DNA of 64,000 bases from an uncultured Actinomycetota bacterium (GTDB lineage: Bacteria; Actinomycetota; Actinomycetes; Propionibacteriales; Nocardioidaceae). Positions 63,628-64,000 of this stretch are shown in pieces; the stretch's first letter is position 1; each line of letters starts with the position of its first letter. The notes below the pieces were generated by a model. The model saw nothing but the letters and a program-made list of their open reading frames with translations. It was not told the DNA's origin and did no database searches. The position numbers were made by a program, and so were the translations under genes. The stretch is taken from NCBI GenBank assembly GCA_963839835.1, contig CAWIWO010000016.1, forward strand, positions 10,573 to 74,572, read 5' to 3'.

Positions 63628-64000
63628 TTGGCCGAGGAACAGACGAATGCCGTCGCCGGACGACTCCTGCTTCCGGCGACCTCGAGGTCGCCCTGGTGGG
63701 AGCTCACGCGACGGGTGCTCGTGGCGGTCGGGATCCTGGTCTTCACGGTGCTGCTCGTGTACTTCGACCGCACCGGCTACCGCGACAACGCCGACCCGAG
63801 CGGCAAGGTCGGGATGGTCGACTCGATCTACTACACGACGGTGACCCTGAGCACGACGGGCTACGGTGACATCGCCCCGTACGCCGACCACTCCCGGCTG
63901 ATCAACGCCTTCGTGGTGACCCCCTTGCGCATCGCTTTTCTCGTGCTGCTGATCGGTACGACGCTCGAGGTGCTGGCCACGCAGGGGCGCGAGAACTTCC
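63628..64000 (+). CDS. Potassium channel family protein (3'-truncated)
   Basis: Manual translation shows a TM helix, DSIYYTTVTLSTTGYGDIAP pore/selectivity filter and a second TM; runs off the window. Confidence 0.9.
   Translation, partial: MAEEQTNAVAGRLLLPATSRSPWWELTRRVLVAVGILVFTVLLVYFDRTGYRDNADPSGKVGMVDSIYYTTVTLSTTGYGDIAPYADHSRLINAFVVTPLRIAFLVLLIGTTLEVLATQGRENF

Overview
From about 2,960 to the end, the window is a high-GC actinobacterial chromosome segment (Nocardioides-like, by inference from gene content and order). It carries mostly housekeeping and metabolic loci: GMC oxidoreductase/ALDH, BVMO-SDR-TetR, an OmpR-type two-component system with GT39 and GT2-GtrA, hrpA, rnd, hemE-hemG-hemQ, msrB, a desA3 operon, Prim-Pol/ligC, ppk2-HipA-like kinase-DUF3037, an ECF41 sigma factor, sirA-cysH, glyA, glgA/glgC/pgm, an acyl-CoA dehydrogenase, YihY and a K+ channel. 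The first ~2.95 kb looks foreign. It holds an aldB fragment, a proteobacterial-type palindromic repeat, a DUF779 gene cut off at its conserved motif, and a lower-GC island of small orphan genes, two of which are each followed by the same 24-bp repeat. This may be an integrated element, a chimeric join, or both. Many genes carry single-base frameshifts that look like long-read errors. The best candidates for follow-up are an AbiEi/DUF559 nuclease gene bracketed by two REPIN-like inverted-repeat pairs (59326-60407), the DUF779 integration site with its repeat-delimited gene cassettes, and an unannotated Cys-containing leader peptide upstream of sirA. Also notable are PhoP-like 11-bp-period boxes defining a local regulon and a 1050-aa membrane-embedded alpha/beta hydrolase. 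No rRNA, tRNA or CRISPR array was seen. All family assignments come from motif recognition, not database searches.
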